64,000 bases of DNA. Origin: a virus. Positions 37,656 to 48,137 of the stretch are shown here, piece by piece (the first letter of the stretch is position 1; each line of letters opens with the position of its first letter). The translations under genes and the position numbers were made by a program. The stretch covers positions 26,565 to 90,564 of the IMG/VR virus record IMGVR_UViG_3300045283_000397; one strand, written 5' to 3'. The notes beneath the pieces were generated by a model, which saw only the letters and a program-made list of their open reading frames with translations, made no database searches and had not been told where the DNA came from.

Positions 37656-39143
37656 ATGATGCAACCTACCATAATGTTAACCCCGATGCCCGAAGCCAAT
37701 ACCTATAGGCCGCGCACCATGCCCTATGCGCACCAGCGCGAGGCCGCGCGTAGGCTGGCCGCGGCACCAGTTTTCGCGCTCCTCATGGCCATGCGGACCG
37801 GCAAATCGAAGTCATTAATCGATGATTGGGGCGCGCGCGCCGCAGCCGGGGGGATAAGTGGCCTGCTTATCGCGGCCCCGGCCGGGGTCTACATGACTTG
37901 GTACAAGCAATTCGAGGACCACTTGGGCGAGCCGCTCAACTCGGGGCGCACGCTCGTGCAGCACTGGGCTAGCGGCGCGGGCGCAGCGCGCGCTCGCGCG
38001 CTAGAAGCGTTCCTGGCCACCAAGGGGCGGCCCCGGGTGCTGCTGGTGAATACCGAGGCGTTCTCCACCGTGGCTAGGGCGCGCGAGCTCTGCCACGAAT
38101 TCCTGGGCCAGGGCCCGGCGATGATGGTCGTGGATGAAAGCACCTCCATCAAGGGGAATAGCGAGCGCACCGAGCAGGTGCTGCGGCTGGGGGCCAAGGC
38201 GGCGGTGCGCCGCATACTCACCGGCTTGGTCACGCCCAAGAGTCCGTTGGACCTATTCTACCAATTCTACTTCCTGGATCCCAAGATATTGGGCTTCAAC
38301 AGCTTCTTTAGCTTCCGGCGCCGCTACGCCGTACTCCAGCCCATGTACTTTGGCGGGCGCACCGTGCAAGTCGTCGCGGGCTATCGCAACCAGGAAGAGT
38401 TGCGCGACAGAATAGCGCCCTACAGTTATCGCGTGCAATTGGAGAACTGCTACGATGTGCCCGCCAAGCTTTACCTCCAGCGCGAGGTGGAATTGACGCC
38501 CGAACAAAAGCGCCTCTATAAGGAGATTAAAGAAAATGCTACCGCCCAATTGGAAACGGGGGAGTGGGTCTCGGCCACCGCAGTCATCGTACAGATCATC
38601 CGGCTGCACCAGATACTCTGCGGCCATATTAAGAACGATGAGACGAGCGCGATTACCCCGGTGCCCAGCAACCGCATCAAATCGCTCGTGGAGTTGCTGC
38701 GTGAGCACGATGGCAAGGCCATCGTCTGGTGCTCCTACGACTACGACGTGCGCGCGGTAAGCGCGGTGCTGGCTAGGGAGTTTGGGGAGGGGTCCGTGGC
38801 GCGCTTCTGGGGCGGCAATCGCGCGGAGCGGGAGGGGGAGGAATATCGATTTCTTAATGACCCGGGCTGCTTGCACATGGTGGCCACCGCGGCGGCCGGG
38901 GGGCGCGGGCGCACCTGGACTGTGGCCAACCTCGTGGTCTACTACAGCAACACCCATGATTTGGAGCACAGAAGCCAGAGCGAGGAGAGGGCCCAGGGCG
39001 TGGGCAAGGCGGACCGCGTTACCTATGTGGACCTCATCGCGCCCGGCACGGTGGACGAGAAGATCGTGCGCGCGCTGCGCAAGAAGATCGACCTCGCCGC
39101 GGCCATCACTGGCGATGGATGGCGCGCCTGGCTCATCGACTAG
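37656..39143 (+). CDS. SNF2-family SF2 helicase
   Basis: PYAHQ, MRTGKS, VVDES, LTG..TP..PLD, QSEERA, TVDEKI. Confidence 0.9.
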   Translation: MMQPTIMLTPMPEANTYRPRTMPYAHQREAARRLAAAPVFALLMAMRTGKSKSLIDDWGARAAAGGISGLLIAAPAGVYMTWYKQFEDHLGEPLNSGRTLVQHWASGAGAARARALEAFLATKGRPRVLLVNTEAFSTVARARELCHEFLGQGPAMMVVDESTSIKGNSERTEQVLRLGAKAAVRRILTGLVTPKSPLDLFYQFYFLDPKILGFNSFFSFRRRYAVLQPMYFGGRTVQVVAGYRNQEELRDRIAPYSYRVQLENCYDVPAKLYLQREVELTPEQKRLYKEIKENATAQLETGEWVSATAVIVQIIRLHQILCGHIKNDETSAITPVPSNRIKSLVELLREHDGKAIVWCSYDYDVRAVSAVLAREFGEGSVARFWGGNRAEREGEEYRFLNDPGCLHMVATAAAGGRGRTWTVANLVVYYSNTHDLEHRSQSEERAQGVGKADRVTYVDLIAPGTVDEKIVRALRKKIDLAAAITGDGWRAWLID

Positions 39144-39173
39144 GCTAGCGCGCGCCCGCGCGCGGGGCTATCT

Positions 39174-39755
39174 ATGGTCATGGACTATGAAATATTAAGT
39201 AGATATGCCGAGCGGCTGAATGGCTTGGGCATCGCCCCGAGGCAACCGGGGGAATTTCCTTATGCATGGAGCAAGGAGGAATTGATGAACTTCGGCAAGC
39301 GCGGCGCGGCCCGGGCGGAGCTCAGGGAGGTGCCTAAGTTGGAAATCCCCGAGCATCTGCGCCAGGGCCCGGACGATCTCAACCAGCAGATAGCGCGCGT
39401 GGCCCAGGAAATCCGCGAGTCCAAGGCGCGCGGCGACGCCGCAGTGGAACAAGCCCGACGCCCAGCATTCGAGCTGCCCCCGACCGCGGCCGGGGTGTTC
39501 GCCACCAATGCGCTGGACATTATGCGCAAGCGCGAGGAAGTCCTCGACGCCGCCATCATGCGCGCGGAAGAGTTGGGGCAGCTCGCCCAGGAAATGCTGG
39601 CCTGCGGCACGAGGGTGCAAGACTTCCTGCTCCACACCCAGAACGTCACCGCGGCGGTAGTAGAAGCCCGCGCTACCGCGGCCATCGCCACTCCGGCCCC
39701 GGCCCCGGCCCAGGCCTCACCAGCGGAGGAGGCCCCCGATGCGCCATCGGCTTGA
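39174..39755 (+). CDS. Hypothetical coiled-coil protein (start may be 39286)
   Basis: AAGGAGG RBS before MNFGKRG. Confidence 0.55.
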   Translation: MVMDYEILSRYAERLNGLGIAPRQPGEFPYAWSKEELMNFGKRGAARAELREVPKLEIPEHLRQGPDDLNQQIARVAQEIRESKARGDAAVEQARRPAFELPPTAAGVFATNALDIMRKREEVLDAAIMRAEELGQLAQEMLACGTRVQDFLLHTQNVTAAVVEARATAAIATPAPAPAQASPAEEAPDAPSA

Positions 39756-40022
39756 ATCGGTGGCCTTCGTCGTCCTGAGCGTCGCCATCCTGGCCGGCGG
39801 CATCGCGGTCGTCATCTCCGCGCTGGTGCGCTAGCGGCGGCGATGGTCCTCGCAATAGTGCTTAAATTTACCGTCCTCTTGCTGGAGCGCCTGCCAGCCA
39901 TTTTCGATAAAGATGTTCTTGGCGTCCCACACTCCCTGGCTAGCCGAGATGGTGCGCGTGCACCCGGGCGCGTCGCACTGAAAAGTGATGAGCGTGCGCC
40001 CGACGCGCAGCTGCATCATGGG

Positions 40023-40739
40023 TCAATGCCATAGGCGCGATGCAATGAGTGCCGCGCCTATGGCCACTATAAGGGTTACTATCTGAAAAACCCGATCGGT
40101 GGTTTGGGTCTGCCCCTGGCGATGCCCTTGCCCAGTCTGTTCCATCGCACCGATGGAAGCAATTTGGAGCGTCAGTTTAGCTGTGGCATCGGCTTGGATC
40201 GCCGCCATTTTCGTCATGGCCTCCGAGATACCTGTTCCCATCCTGGCTATTCCTTCCGCCAACGCGGGGTCGGGGCGCTGTTCCCTGCCGTAAATCTCCG
40301 CGCGCGATTGCTCTAGCCGATCGATGCGGGCCGAGAGCGTCGTTATGAGGCCCTGAGTTTGTCCCGAGGAAGCATTAATTTGCCCGGCTAGGCTCCCGGT
40401 TTCCTTGGAAAGCTGCGCCGAGATGAGGTCCGAAGTCGTTTTGACCTGGACCGTCTGGATATCGAAAATTTGCCGGTCGTACTGGCTTTTCTGCGCGGCG
40501 AGTTCGGAAATTTTCTTTTGCTCCGCCTCGCGCAAGTCATCAATTCGCTTGTTATCTGCGGTCCTGAGATCGTCCAGTCGGCGGGCATCGGCCTGGCGCA
40601 GCTTTTCTGTGGTTTCTTCGAGTGCGCGAACTAAATCCTCGACATTTTTGGTGGGATCGATCACCGATCCTCCCCATGCATCGATACCTATCCCCCTTGT
40701 TCCATTTCGCGTTCTGTTCATTGGCTTCCTCCGGGTCAT
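40023..40739 (-). CDS. Coiled-coil protein with C-terminal transmembrane helix (lysis-module accessory)
   Basis: Heptad-rich sequence; terminal VFQIVTLIVAIGAALIA. Confidence 0.65.
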   Translation of the reverse strand: MTRRKPMNRTRNGTRGIGIDAWGGSVIDPTKNVEDLVRALEETTEKLRQADARRLDDLRTADNKRIDDLREAEQKKISELAAQKSQYDRQIFDIQTVQVKTTSDLISAQLSKETGSLAGQINASSGQTQGLITTLSARIDRLEQSRAEIYGREQRPDPALAEGIARMGTGISEAMTKMAAIQADATAKLTLQIASIGAMEQTGQGHRQGQTQTTDRVFQIVTLIVAIGAALIASRLWH

Positions 40740-40770
40740 TAGCGCCGCGCCCTAGCGATCTTGTTAGCCT

Positions 40771-41451
40771 TCACTTTACCGCCTCCTGGGCTTGCTGCTT
40801 GGCCGCCGCGGTGGCGCCGGGCACCACCGCGCTGGTGTCCTTGTTGAGCGCGGCGAAGGTATGGGGGTGATCCATGATGAGCGGCAAGGCGGTGTCGCCC
40901 CCTACCGGGGAGGCTGCCGCGGCAGCGACCGCCGCCGGGGTAGACTTGGCCACCCTGGCTTCGAGGATGGCCGAGAGCTTGACATTATAGTCCACCATGG
41001 TGGTGCGCACATTGAACCAGCGCCCACAGCACACCCCCAGATAGAGGATGAGCCAGGGGATGAAGGAGACGCGCAGGTTCCAAATGGCATCGGCAAACAT
41101 GCGGTCGCAATCATAGCGCGTCGGTGCGGCCTCGTGCGGGCGGCCCATCGCCAGCAAGCAGCAAACGAAATCATGTACCACTCCTGCGCGCGACCAAGAG
41201 CCCCAGACCGGGAGGATGTTCCAGAATATCTGGGGGATGCTAGGCCCGTCGGTGATAAAGCCGGCCGGCACCACGATGACGGTGCCGCCGCCGAGATCGT
41301 AGCGCAAGTCTTCGGCCAGGCGCCAGAGCCGCCAACTCCCCCCGGCGCGGTCCGAGAGCTGCGTAACCGTGAGGTCGCCCAGGAATACGCTCACCTGAAC
41401 CCCCCAATCGCGACGATGACGGCGATTATTACCAATGCTGTTATCAGCCAA
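40771..41451 (-). CDS. DUF1353 protein
   Basis: VPAGFITDGPSIP..FW...AGVVHD...D.MF. Confidence 0.85.
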   Translation of the reverse strand: MADNSIGNNRRHRRDWGVQVSVFLGDLTVTQLSDRAGGSWRLWRLAEDLRYDLGGGTVIVVPAGFITDGPSIPQIFWNILPVWGSWSRAGVVHDFVCCLLAMGRPHEAAPTRYDCDRMFADAIWNLRVSFIPWLILYLGVCCGRWFNVRTTMVDYNVKLSAILEARVAKSTPAAVAAAAASPVGGDTALPLIMDHPHTFAALNKDTSAVVPGATAAAKQQAQEAVK

Positions 41452-41479
41452 TCGTACATGGCTACATCTCCATGGGCGC

Positions 41480-41800
41480 TCATCGGGGGGACAGGGGCCC
41501 CCCGCTGGCGCGGTCCATCCAGCGCGCTTCTTCCTCGGGCGTCATGCGGTGGCTGAGCGAGAGGATGATCTTGACGGCCGCGATCTCGGGCTTGAGCTGC
41601 GGGAACAGCATGCCGGCTATCTGGCCCACCACCGGCAGCGCTGTGCTGGCCAGCGCGCGCACCTGGTCGGGCGTGAGGTCGCGCCCGCCCCCGATCTGCT
41701 TGATGTCGGCCGCGAGCACGCGCGCGAGCTGCGCCACATCAGACCCCGGTACTCGCCTGGTGGCGACCAGGCGCTCGATGTCTTGCCAATCGACGCTCAT
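41480..41800 (-). CDS. Hypothetical lysis-module protein
   Basis: ATGA-coupled to the holin. Confidence 0.55.
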   Translation of the reverse strand: MSVDWQDIERLVATRRVPGSDVAQLARVLAADIKQIGGGRDLTPDQVRALASTALPVVGQIAGMLFPQLKPEIAAVKIILSLSHRMTPEEEARWMDRASGGPLSPR

Positions 41801-42000
41801 TGCTTGACCGTGCCGCCTGTGACGTTGTGGTCCTTGGCGAAGAGGAAGCCCACGCCCGCGGAGATGACGCCCGCGTCGGACCACAAGCGGCCAGGGTCCC
41901 AATTCCCCGTGGAGGCCTGGTGGGCGATGTCGCCCAGTGCAGCGCCAAAGGCGGCCACCCCGGCCGCCGTCGTCTTCCAATTTACAAGCATGGAACCCAT
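41797..42000 (-). CDS. Putative holin
   Basis: NWKTTAAG...GFLFAKDHNVTGG, two hydrophobic segments, downstream of endolysin. Confidence 0.7.
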   Translation of the reverse strand: MGSMLVNWKTTAAGVAAFGAALGDIAHQASTGNWDPGRLWSDAGVISAGVGFLFAKDHNVTGGTVKQ

Positions 42001-42032
42001 GGAGGTACTCCTTTTCTCGGCCAGCGGCGGGG

Positions 42033-43142
42033 CTAGCCCGTCGCTGGCGGCTGAGGGAACGCGGCGGCCAGGTCGTCGGCCACGGCGCGCAGATGCTTGA
42101 TGATGATGCCCGCGATGTGGGTGACATCCGGAGGGGATGATTGGATCTCGTTGGGTATTTTGAGGAGATCGAGGGGGATGTCCACGAGCGGCTTGATGGT
42201 GGTGGGCAGGAACGCGGAGAACATATTGGCAAAGCTGACGATGCCGCCCAGATGGATGGGGAAGCTGGCACCGCTCGGCAGCGTGGGCGCGGGCGTGGTG
42301 ATGGTCACGGGAGACTCCTTTGCTTTGAGTGCGGAGAGGAGCGCAGCGTAAGTTAAGGGGCCGGAAAGGCCATCCGCTTCGAGGTGATGATCCTTCTGGA
42401 AGGCGGCCACTGCTGCGCGCGTGCGCCGCCCGTAGTTGTTGTCCAAGGCCAGCGGGCCGTAGCCCAGCGCATTTAGCGCGCTTTGCAGCGTGCCCACGTC
42501 GCGGTCGCCCCCCACGCCTAAGGGCGGGGGCGCGGGGCCCGGCACCGGGGGTAGCGGGGCACCTGGCCAGCCGGGGATATCCAAGGCGGGGTCTGCGGCG
42601 ACCATGGCGCGCGCCACAGGGACGATGCCGAGTTGGGAGTCCTGCGCCGCCATGCTAAAGACATGGTCGGCTATGTACTTGCCGCCCGCATAGGCATTGG
42701 TGCCGGCCCAATCGTAGGGGGAGTGCACGCCATGGGCGCGGTAGCCGAAGCCATTGAATATCTCGCCCTCGTAGCACAGCCGCGCCCAGGTCCACCCGGC
42801 CTTACCAACTTGATCAAGATGATCAAGTTTGTAGGCATCCACCGCCGCCGCGTGCCAGTCGGCAAATGGCCCGCGCCCCGCGGGCACATGGGTGGATCTG
42901 CGGTCGATGGGGTCGCCCTGGGCCGGGGAGAGCCGGAAATTGGAGCTCGCCTCGCGCTCGAAAGAGGTGGCTATGAATATCTGGGGGATGCCGAGCTCGT
43001 CTGCCACCGCCTTATAGCGCCCCGCGCGCACGTTGGCCATCAAGCGCGCGGCGGTGGCTTCCACGGCCGGCGCGCGCGTTACGCGCATATTGGCCATTAG
43101 CGCGAGGTATTCGGGCTCCAACGCGGCAAAGGGGTGCTGCAT
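42033..43142 (-). CDS. Endolysin (lysozyme-like domain plus PG-binding domain)
   Basis: EREASSNF...QGDP...VPAGRGPF...NGFGY...SPY.WAGT..Y..GKY; LQSAL..LGY...D..YG..T..AV..FQ....L..DG..GP.T. Confidence 0.85.
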   Translation of the reverse strand: MQHPFAALEPEYLALMANMRVTRAPAVEATAARLMANVRAGRYKAVADELGIPQIFIATSFEREASSNFRLSPAQGDPIDRRSTHVPAGRGPFADWHAAAVDAYKLDHLDQVGKAGWTWARLCYEGEIFNGFGYRAHGVHSPYDWAGTNAYAGGKYIADHVFSMAAQDSQLGIVPVARAMVAADPALDIPGWPGAPLPPVPGPAPPPLGVGGDRDVGTLQSALNALGYGPLALDNNYGRRTRAAVAAFQKDHHLEADGLSGPLTYAALLSALKAKESPVTITTPAPTLPSGASFPIHLGGIVSFANMFSAFLPTTIKPLVDIPLDLLKIPNEIQSSPPDVTHIAGIIIKHLRAVADDLAAAFPQPPATG

Positions 43143-43342
43143 GGATTTATGATAGCTCCTTTGTGTGGGGTCGTAAACCCAAGAACCAGGGATCGTGCCA
43201 GATAAGGTCGGTCATCGGCCCCAAGGTGACAGGCGGTGGAGAACCTTCATCGTCTTGGTCCAAATGACCCGCCATCGGCTCGGGGGCGGTTTGATCGGAC
43301 GATAAGTCTTGAGGCCCGGTGCAGCCCAGAGTGGTTGGGTCA

Positions 43343-45619
43343 TCACTGCGCCTCGTATGATCCTGTGAAAACATATTCGTCGTTGAGCGTTGGCGCGCGC
43401 AACGTATTAGTTACGTCGCGAATCGTGCTCGTTACGGTATTTCCAGTCGTCAGCAACACGCGCAAAGTCAATCCTGTATTACCTTGTTCTTCACCAAATA
43501 GTGCCGTGTCACGTTTTGCTGCTACTGGAAGTGTAAGCGTAGCAGCTGTAGGTGCCCCAGTAACATTTGTTATCGTGACGGCGATGGAATACAACACCAT
43601 CTTTCCTATTTGCAGATAGGCTGCCGAACCACTTTGCGTCACGCTGCCGGCATTCGGTGTGATCGTCGCCGTGTAGGTCGGCCATGCGCCGCCAGTGTAG
43701 TTGGTGCCCCCATTGGCCACTGCCAAGGTGCCCGTGACCTGGGAGGCCAGATTGAGCGAGCCGGCCAGATTGGCCAATACAGGCTGCGCTGCCGCCAATG
43801 AGCCCGACGTAGCCAACGAGACAAGGAATTGGTTGCTGACAGAGGCGAAGGAGAAGAGGCCACCGAGCTGGGCAGTGCCGGGGGTGCCCAGCGCAACGGT
43901 GCCCCCCGCACCTAATGTGGCGCCGCCGCTCAGCGTCATGGGCGCAAAGGCGGTGGCCGATTGCGCTATGAGCACCTGGCCGGCGCTAGGCGCTGCGGTC
44001 TGGTTGGTGCCGCCTTGGTTGATGGCTGCCGCGCCGGAGAGATTGCTAAAGGCGGGTTGCGCCCCGGTGAGTGAGCCCGAGGTGGCGAGTGAGACGAGAA
44101 ATTGATTGGCGACGGAAGCGTAGGAGAATACGCCGCCGAGTTGCGCGGCGCCGGGGTTGCCGAGCACGACGGTGCCGCCGCTGGTGAGTGTGGCCCCGCC
44201 CGCGAGCGACTTGGGCGCATAAAGCGAGCCCGATTGCGCGACGAGGATCTGGCCGGAAGTGGGTGCTACAGTGGTCTGCGTGCCGCCGTAGATGACGGCC
44301 ACGGGCAACCCAGAGAGCCCGCTGACGGCGGGTTGTGCACTGACCAACGACCCCGAGGTATTAAGCGAGGTCAGAAATTGATTAGCCACCGCGGCATAGG
44401 AGAACAATCCGCCGAGTTGTGCCGCGCCGGGGTTGCCTAATGCGACGGTGCCCCCGGCCGTAAGCGTGGCGCCCCCTGTCAGCGAGGTGGGCGCATAGAG
44501 CGAGGCCGATTGCGCGATGAGCAACTGACCGGGGGCCGGGGCGACCGTGGTCTGGGTGCCGCCATAGACCACGGCCAGCGGCGAGGCAAGCGTGGCGAAT
44601 GGTCCGAACGGTACCCCCCCGGTGGCGGTGACGGTGAGTGCGCCCGTAGCAGCAAGCGTGGCGTCGCCTGAAATGGTAGTCGGCGCGGGGTCGGCACCGC
44701 TCTGCCCGACGAGTAGTTGTCCATCCGTCATCGCGGCGGTGACGTTGAGCGGCACGGTGCCCTGGCCGATGAGGATGCCGTGGTTGGTAAGAGATTGGTT
44801 GCCGGTGCCGCCGCGCAGAACATTCCACGCCGCCCGAGAGTCATTAGTCAGGGAGCGCACACCAGGGGTAAATGTTCCGTTCTGGCTGTCGTTCGCCTTA
44901 AGCGTCAATATGGTGGACAGGCCGAACGGAAGGGTCTGGCCAATCTGGGTGACGCCATCCTGTGCAAATATTTGGACATTTGCCGAATTTGGGAGCGTCA
45001 CAGAATCATTCAGCACAAATACCGGCATTCCAATCGGGATGCTGCCCGGCACATTCATCTTCGGCAGGATGATCTTGCGCGTGGCCGATCCGGAGAATTG
45101 CGCATCCTGCACATCTACCATCGGGTTGGTGAGGGTGACATCGGCGCTGCCGGTCAGCACGTTGGTGCCGAGGAACTGGCCGGCGAGATAGAGGCTTATA
45201 TTATAAGTATTTATGACCTGATAAACGCTCGCCGCCGTGTCGATCGGCGTCGCCGACCAGATAACGCCAGCCGTGTCGGCGACCGAGAACGTCGAGCCCT
45301 GAATGTCAAAATGCGTCGCATCAATCGCGGTGATCGCCGCCGCGCCGGCCGCGCCGGAATTGTTGCCGACGAAGTTGAATACCTGTCCAGTGCTAAACGT
45401 CCCGCCCGTCACCTCAACGCGGATCGAACCCGAACCATTGTTGGCCGTGGCAACAACCGTGCCACCTTGCATTTGCGCAGCCCGCCCGTCGTTGGCGTTG
45501 AGCCATGCCTTGAATGTCGCATTGGTATTGGCAATGAACGCGCCAGTTGGTCCCGACCAGACCTGCGTCGTCGGGTTGGTGTCGCCGACAATCCAATATT
45601 GATTAGTGATTTCGACCAT
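43343..45619 (-). CDS. Tail fibre protein with three ~90-aa internal repeats
   Basis: G/T/A-rich, GGT motifs, repeated GGTQTTVAP..GQ.L.AQS...PG.AQLGG.FS. Confidence 0.75.
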   Translation of the reverse strand: MVEITNQYWIVGDTNPTTQVWSGPTGAFIANTNATFKAWLNANDGRAAQMQGGTVVATANNGSGSIRVEVTGGTFSTGQVFNFVGNNSGAAGAAAITAIDATHFDIQGSTFSVADTAGVIWSATPIDTAASVYQVINTYNISLYLAGQFLGTNVLTGSADVTLTNPMVDVQDAQFSGSATRKIILPKMNVPGSIPIGMPVFVLNDSVTLPNSANVQIFAQDGVTQIGQTLPFGLSTILTLKANDSQNGTFTPGVRSLTNDSRAAWNVLRGGTGNQSLTNHGILIGQGTVPLNVTAAMTDGQLLVGQSGADPAPTTISGDATLAATGALTVTATGGVPFGPFATLASPLAVVYGGTQTTVAPAPGQLLIAQSASLYAPTSLTGGATLTAGGTVALGNPGAAQLGGLFSYAAVANQFLTSLNTSGSLVSAQPAVSGLSGLPVAVIYGGTQTTVAPTSGQILVAQSGSLYAPKSLAGGATLTSGGTVVLGNPGAAQLGGVFSYASVANQFLVSLATSGSLTGAQPAFSNLSGAAAINQGGTNQTAAPSAGQVLIAQSATAFAPMTLSGGATLGAGGTVALGTPGTAQLGGLFSFASVSNQFLVSLATSGSLAAAQPVLANLAGSLNLASQVTGTLAVANGGTNYTGGAWPTYTATITPNAGSVTQSGSAAYLQIGKMVLYSIAVTITNVTGAPTAATLTLPVAAKRDTALFGEEQGNTGLTLRVLLTTGNTVTSTIRDVTNTLRAPTLNDEYVFTGSYEAQ

Positions 45620-46650
45620 CAGAGATATTGCCCTCCGCTTGATGTTGACCCGGCGGCGTTGCCGGGGAAATAGTTCGCGCCGCCGCTGGCCGTAAAAATG
45701 GTGCCGTTGAGATTGGCGAGATAACGAGTACCAGTCGCCGCGCCCGAAAACGTAATCGTTACGAAAATTATGGAACCAGCGAAATTGGCATGTGCGAAAT
45801 TTCCGGTGAAAGCGGGGGTGCCGATCAAGGTGACGGTAAGATTGACAGCAAGAACCTCGGAAGCCGTCGCGGCCTGCGCGTGATCGATGGCTCCTCCGGT
45901 GATCGAGTAATTATTTTTAAGCGTGATAATCCCTCCGGCCGTCCCCAGCATATGATTGGCGATGCAGGCGCCAAACGAGACCCCGGCGCCAATGTTTATC
46001 TGGGCGCCAAAGGCAAGAACACCGTGCCCGACAAAGGCGCTTCCGCCCGTGCTTCCGGTCGTGGACAGAGCAACGTTTTGAATGAGCGGAACGCCCGGCA
46101 GCGGGCCATTGGCAGCATCGATGGCGTTGTCGCTTGTGGCTGCTATCGATCCGCCGCCGCCGTCGAAAGTGAACCCGCCGCCGCCAGTCCACGGCTTGAT
46201 GTGGAGCCCCGTACCTGTAAACGCTGCGTGCCCCGCCACCGCCTGCAACAACACTGCTTGACCGCCGAAGTCGTATTGGCCGGTGATGACGGCCATGGCG
46301 TGGGCGAGAGTGAGCCAGGGCGTTCCGGTGGTTAGGCCATCGCTGGCGTCGTTACCATTGGTGGCGATGTAGAATGTAGTAGCTGCAAGCAGCAGCGTGC
46401 GCTCGTAGGGCGGCCCGGGCACAGCAAAGGAAGGGTCCACGCCCGCGCCGTTGTCGCGCAGAAAGCGCCCGGCCGTGCCCGGCACGGCAAAGGCCACCGG
46501 CGCGGTGCCCTCGCCCAGCAGCACTGCGTTGGCGGTGAGGGAGCTGTCGCCCGTGCCGCCGTTGGCCACGGGCAGTACCCCGGAGAGTGAGGCCGCCGGC
46601 ACCAGCGACCATTGCCTCAGCTCATTCCAGAAGCGCAACAAGGTAGACAT
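45619..46650 (-). CDS. Tail fibre/spike protein
   Basis: LPVANGGTG, FYIATNGND..DGLT..TPW.T, terminal PGNAAGSTSSGGQY. Confidence 0.7.
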   Translation of the reverse strand: MSTLLRFWNELRQWSLVPAASLSGVLPVANGGTGDSSLTANAVLLGEGTAPVAFAVPGTAGRFLRDNGAGVDPSFAVPGPPYERTLLLAATTFYIATNGNDASDGLTTGTPWLTLAHAMAVITGQYDFGGQAVLLQAVAGHAAFTGTGLHIKPWTGGGGFTFDGGGGSIAATSDNAIDAANGPLPGVPLIQNVALSTTGSTGGSAFVGHGVLAFGAQINIGAGVSFGACIANHMLGTAGGIITLKNNYSITGGAIDHAQAATASEVLAVNLTVTLIGTPAFTGNFAHANFAGSIIFVTITFSGAATGTRYLANLNGTIFTASGGANYFPGNAAGSTSSGGQYL

Positions 46651-47085
46651 CTAGGTCTTGGCGATGTAGCCGCCGGAAGGGAGCGGATAGAGGAAAAGGA
46701 CTTGGAAATTGCTAGTGGCCGTTATGGTGCCCACCCCGTTTATGGTGTCGGGGCTAGTGGTGATGAGCTTGGCGTTGTTGGAGCCGAACACGGTGCCCGC
46801 CGCGCCCATTATCCAGCAAACTCCGGTCTTGGTGGAGCTGAGCGGGAGGGAGATGGTCGGGGAGTTGCCTTGCACCAGCACGGCGGTGTCGGCCACCGCG
46901 AGGGTAAAGGAGCCCGACGAGATGGTGCGCGGCGTAGCCAGAAAGGTGCCCTGGCCCAGCTGGGTGAGCGCGAGCGAATAGTCGGCGTTGATGCTGTTCC
47001 ACGTGGCCGACTTGATAACCGCGCCCACCGTGGCGTTGGTGGCGCCGGTGGGCGGGGTGAATGTACCGTTGGCTCCAAAGGGCAT
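46651..47085 (-). CDS. Tail-associated protein
   Basis: MPFGANGTFT N-terminus resembles the upstream fibre anchor. Confidence 0.6.
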   Translation of the reverse strand: MPFGANGTFTPPTGATNATVGAVIKSATWNSINADYSLALTQLGQGTFLATPRTISSGSFTLAVADTAVLVQGNSPTISLPLSSTKTGVCWIMGAAGTVFGSNNAKLITTSPDTINGVGTITATSNFQVLFLYPLPSGGYIAKT

Positions 47086-47090
47086 GGCTA

Positions 47091-48137
47091 CTAGATTCCC
47101 GCGAAGATGATTTTGTTAACCATGATGGTGGGCGGCATGATAGGCAACGCGGTGCCCGAGCCGAATGAGTAGGTAAAGCTGCTACCGTTAATGGCGCTAT
47201 TGGTAAAGCTCGCGCCGTTGATGGCCGAGTTGGTGAAGCTGGAGCCATTGATGGCGCTGATGGTGCCGGCCGGGGTGACGGTCACGTTCGGCGTGCCCGA
47301 GCTGGTGACTCCTTGCGCCCCAGCCCCAGTGCCTTGCTGTATCCCGGTTATCCCCAGATCGACGTTATTACTGTTAAGTGCCCATGTCGCTGGGGTGCCG
47401 GTAAAGGTCGGGGTGACCGTGCCCGAGATGGTGGCCGTGGCGGTGCCCGAGATGGTGGCCGTGGCGGTACCAGTGAGCGTGTGCGAAACAGCGGGTAGCT
47501 GGGCTTCACTAATCGTGGCGGACTGGGAGCCGCCCGTGGCGCCTTCGGTGGTGCCGACTATGCCGGAGACCGCATTGGTTACACGGTTAGCAGCGCTACC
47601 GCCCATATTGTCCACGCCGAATCCGGTGCGCCCGCGATAGTCGGGGAGCCGAAAATTGCCGGCGCCCTCGCCCCCCGTATTGTAGGCGGTGCCGATAACT
47701 GCGAAGAGAAGCGCGTAGGTGGTCTGACTTACCACCTGGGCGCCGCAGAGCAGCCAGCCCGAGGGCGCGGTGGACCCCGCGAAATCTCCGATAAAGCCCA
47801 CGGGTATGCCGACATAGATGCCCGCGGTATTGGAGAATCCACTCGGGCCGATGGTGCCGACCTCAGAGCCATTGGAGCTCACCCCGATTACGCCGTCTGC
47901 GGCACTGTAGAGCCCGGTATTGAGGTCACTTCCGAAGCTATAGCTGGGGTTGGTGGCTGTACCGGCGGCGGCCTTCAGCGCACCGGTCATGGTGCTTTGG
48001 CCGTCGGTGGCCAGCGATCCCGTCAGCGCCAAGGCGATGTCCGCGAAGTCATCGTTGACCGCCGCGGACGAGATGGTCGTGGCGGGCACGAATGCGGCCT
48101 CGGGCAGCGAATAGGTGCCACTCCCATTTCGGGGCAA
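47091..48137 (-). CDS. Tail fibre with collar domain
   Basis: MPRNGSGTY anchor; PVG.I..FAGSTAPSGWLLC...YALLFAVIGTAY...FRLPDYRGR. Confidence 0.85.
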   Translation of the reverse strand: MPRNGSGTYSLPEAAFVPATTISSAAVNDDFADIALALTGSLATDGQSTMTGALKAAAGTATNPSYSFGSDLNTGLYSAADGVIGVSSNGSEVGTIGPSGFSNTAGIYVGIPVGFIGDFAGSTAPSGWLLCGAQVVSQTTYALLFAVIGTAYNTGGEGAGNFRLPDYRGRTGFGVDNMGGSAANRVTNAVSGIVGTTEGATGGSQSATISEAQLPAVSHTLTGTATATISGTATATISGTVTPTFTGTPATWALNSNNVDLGITGIQQGTGAGAQGVTSSGTPNVTVTPAGTISAINGSSFTNSAINGASFTNSAINGSSFTYSFGSGTALPIMPPTIMVNKIIFAGI

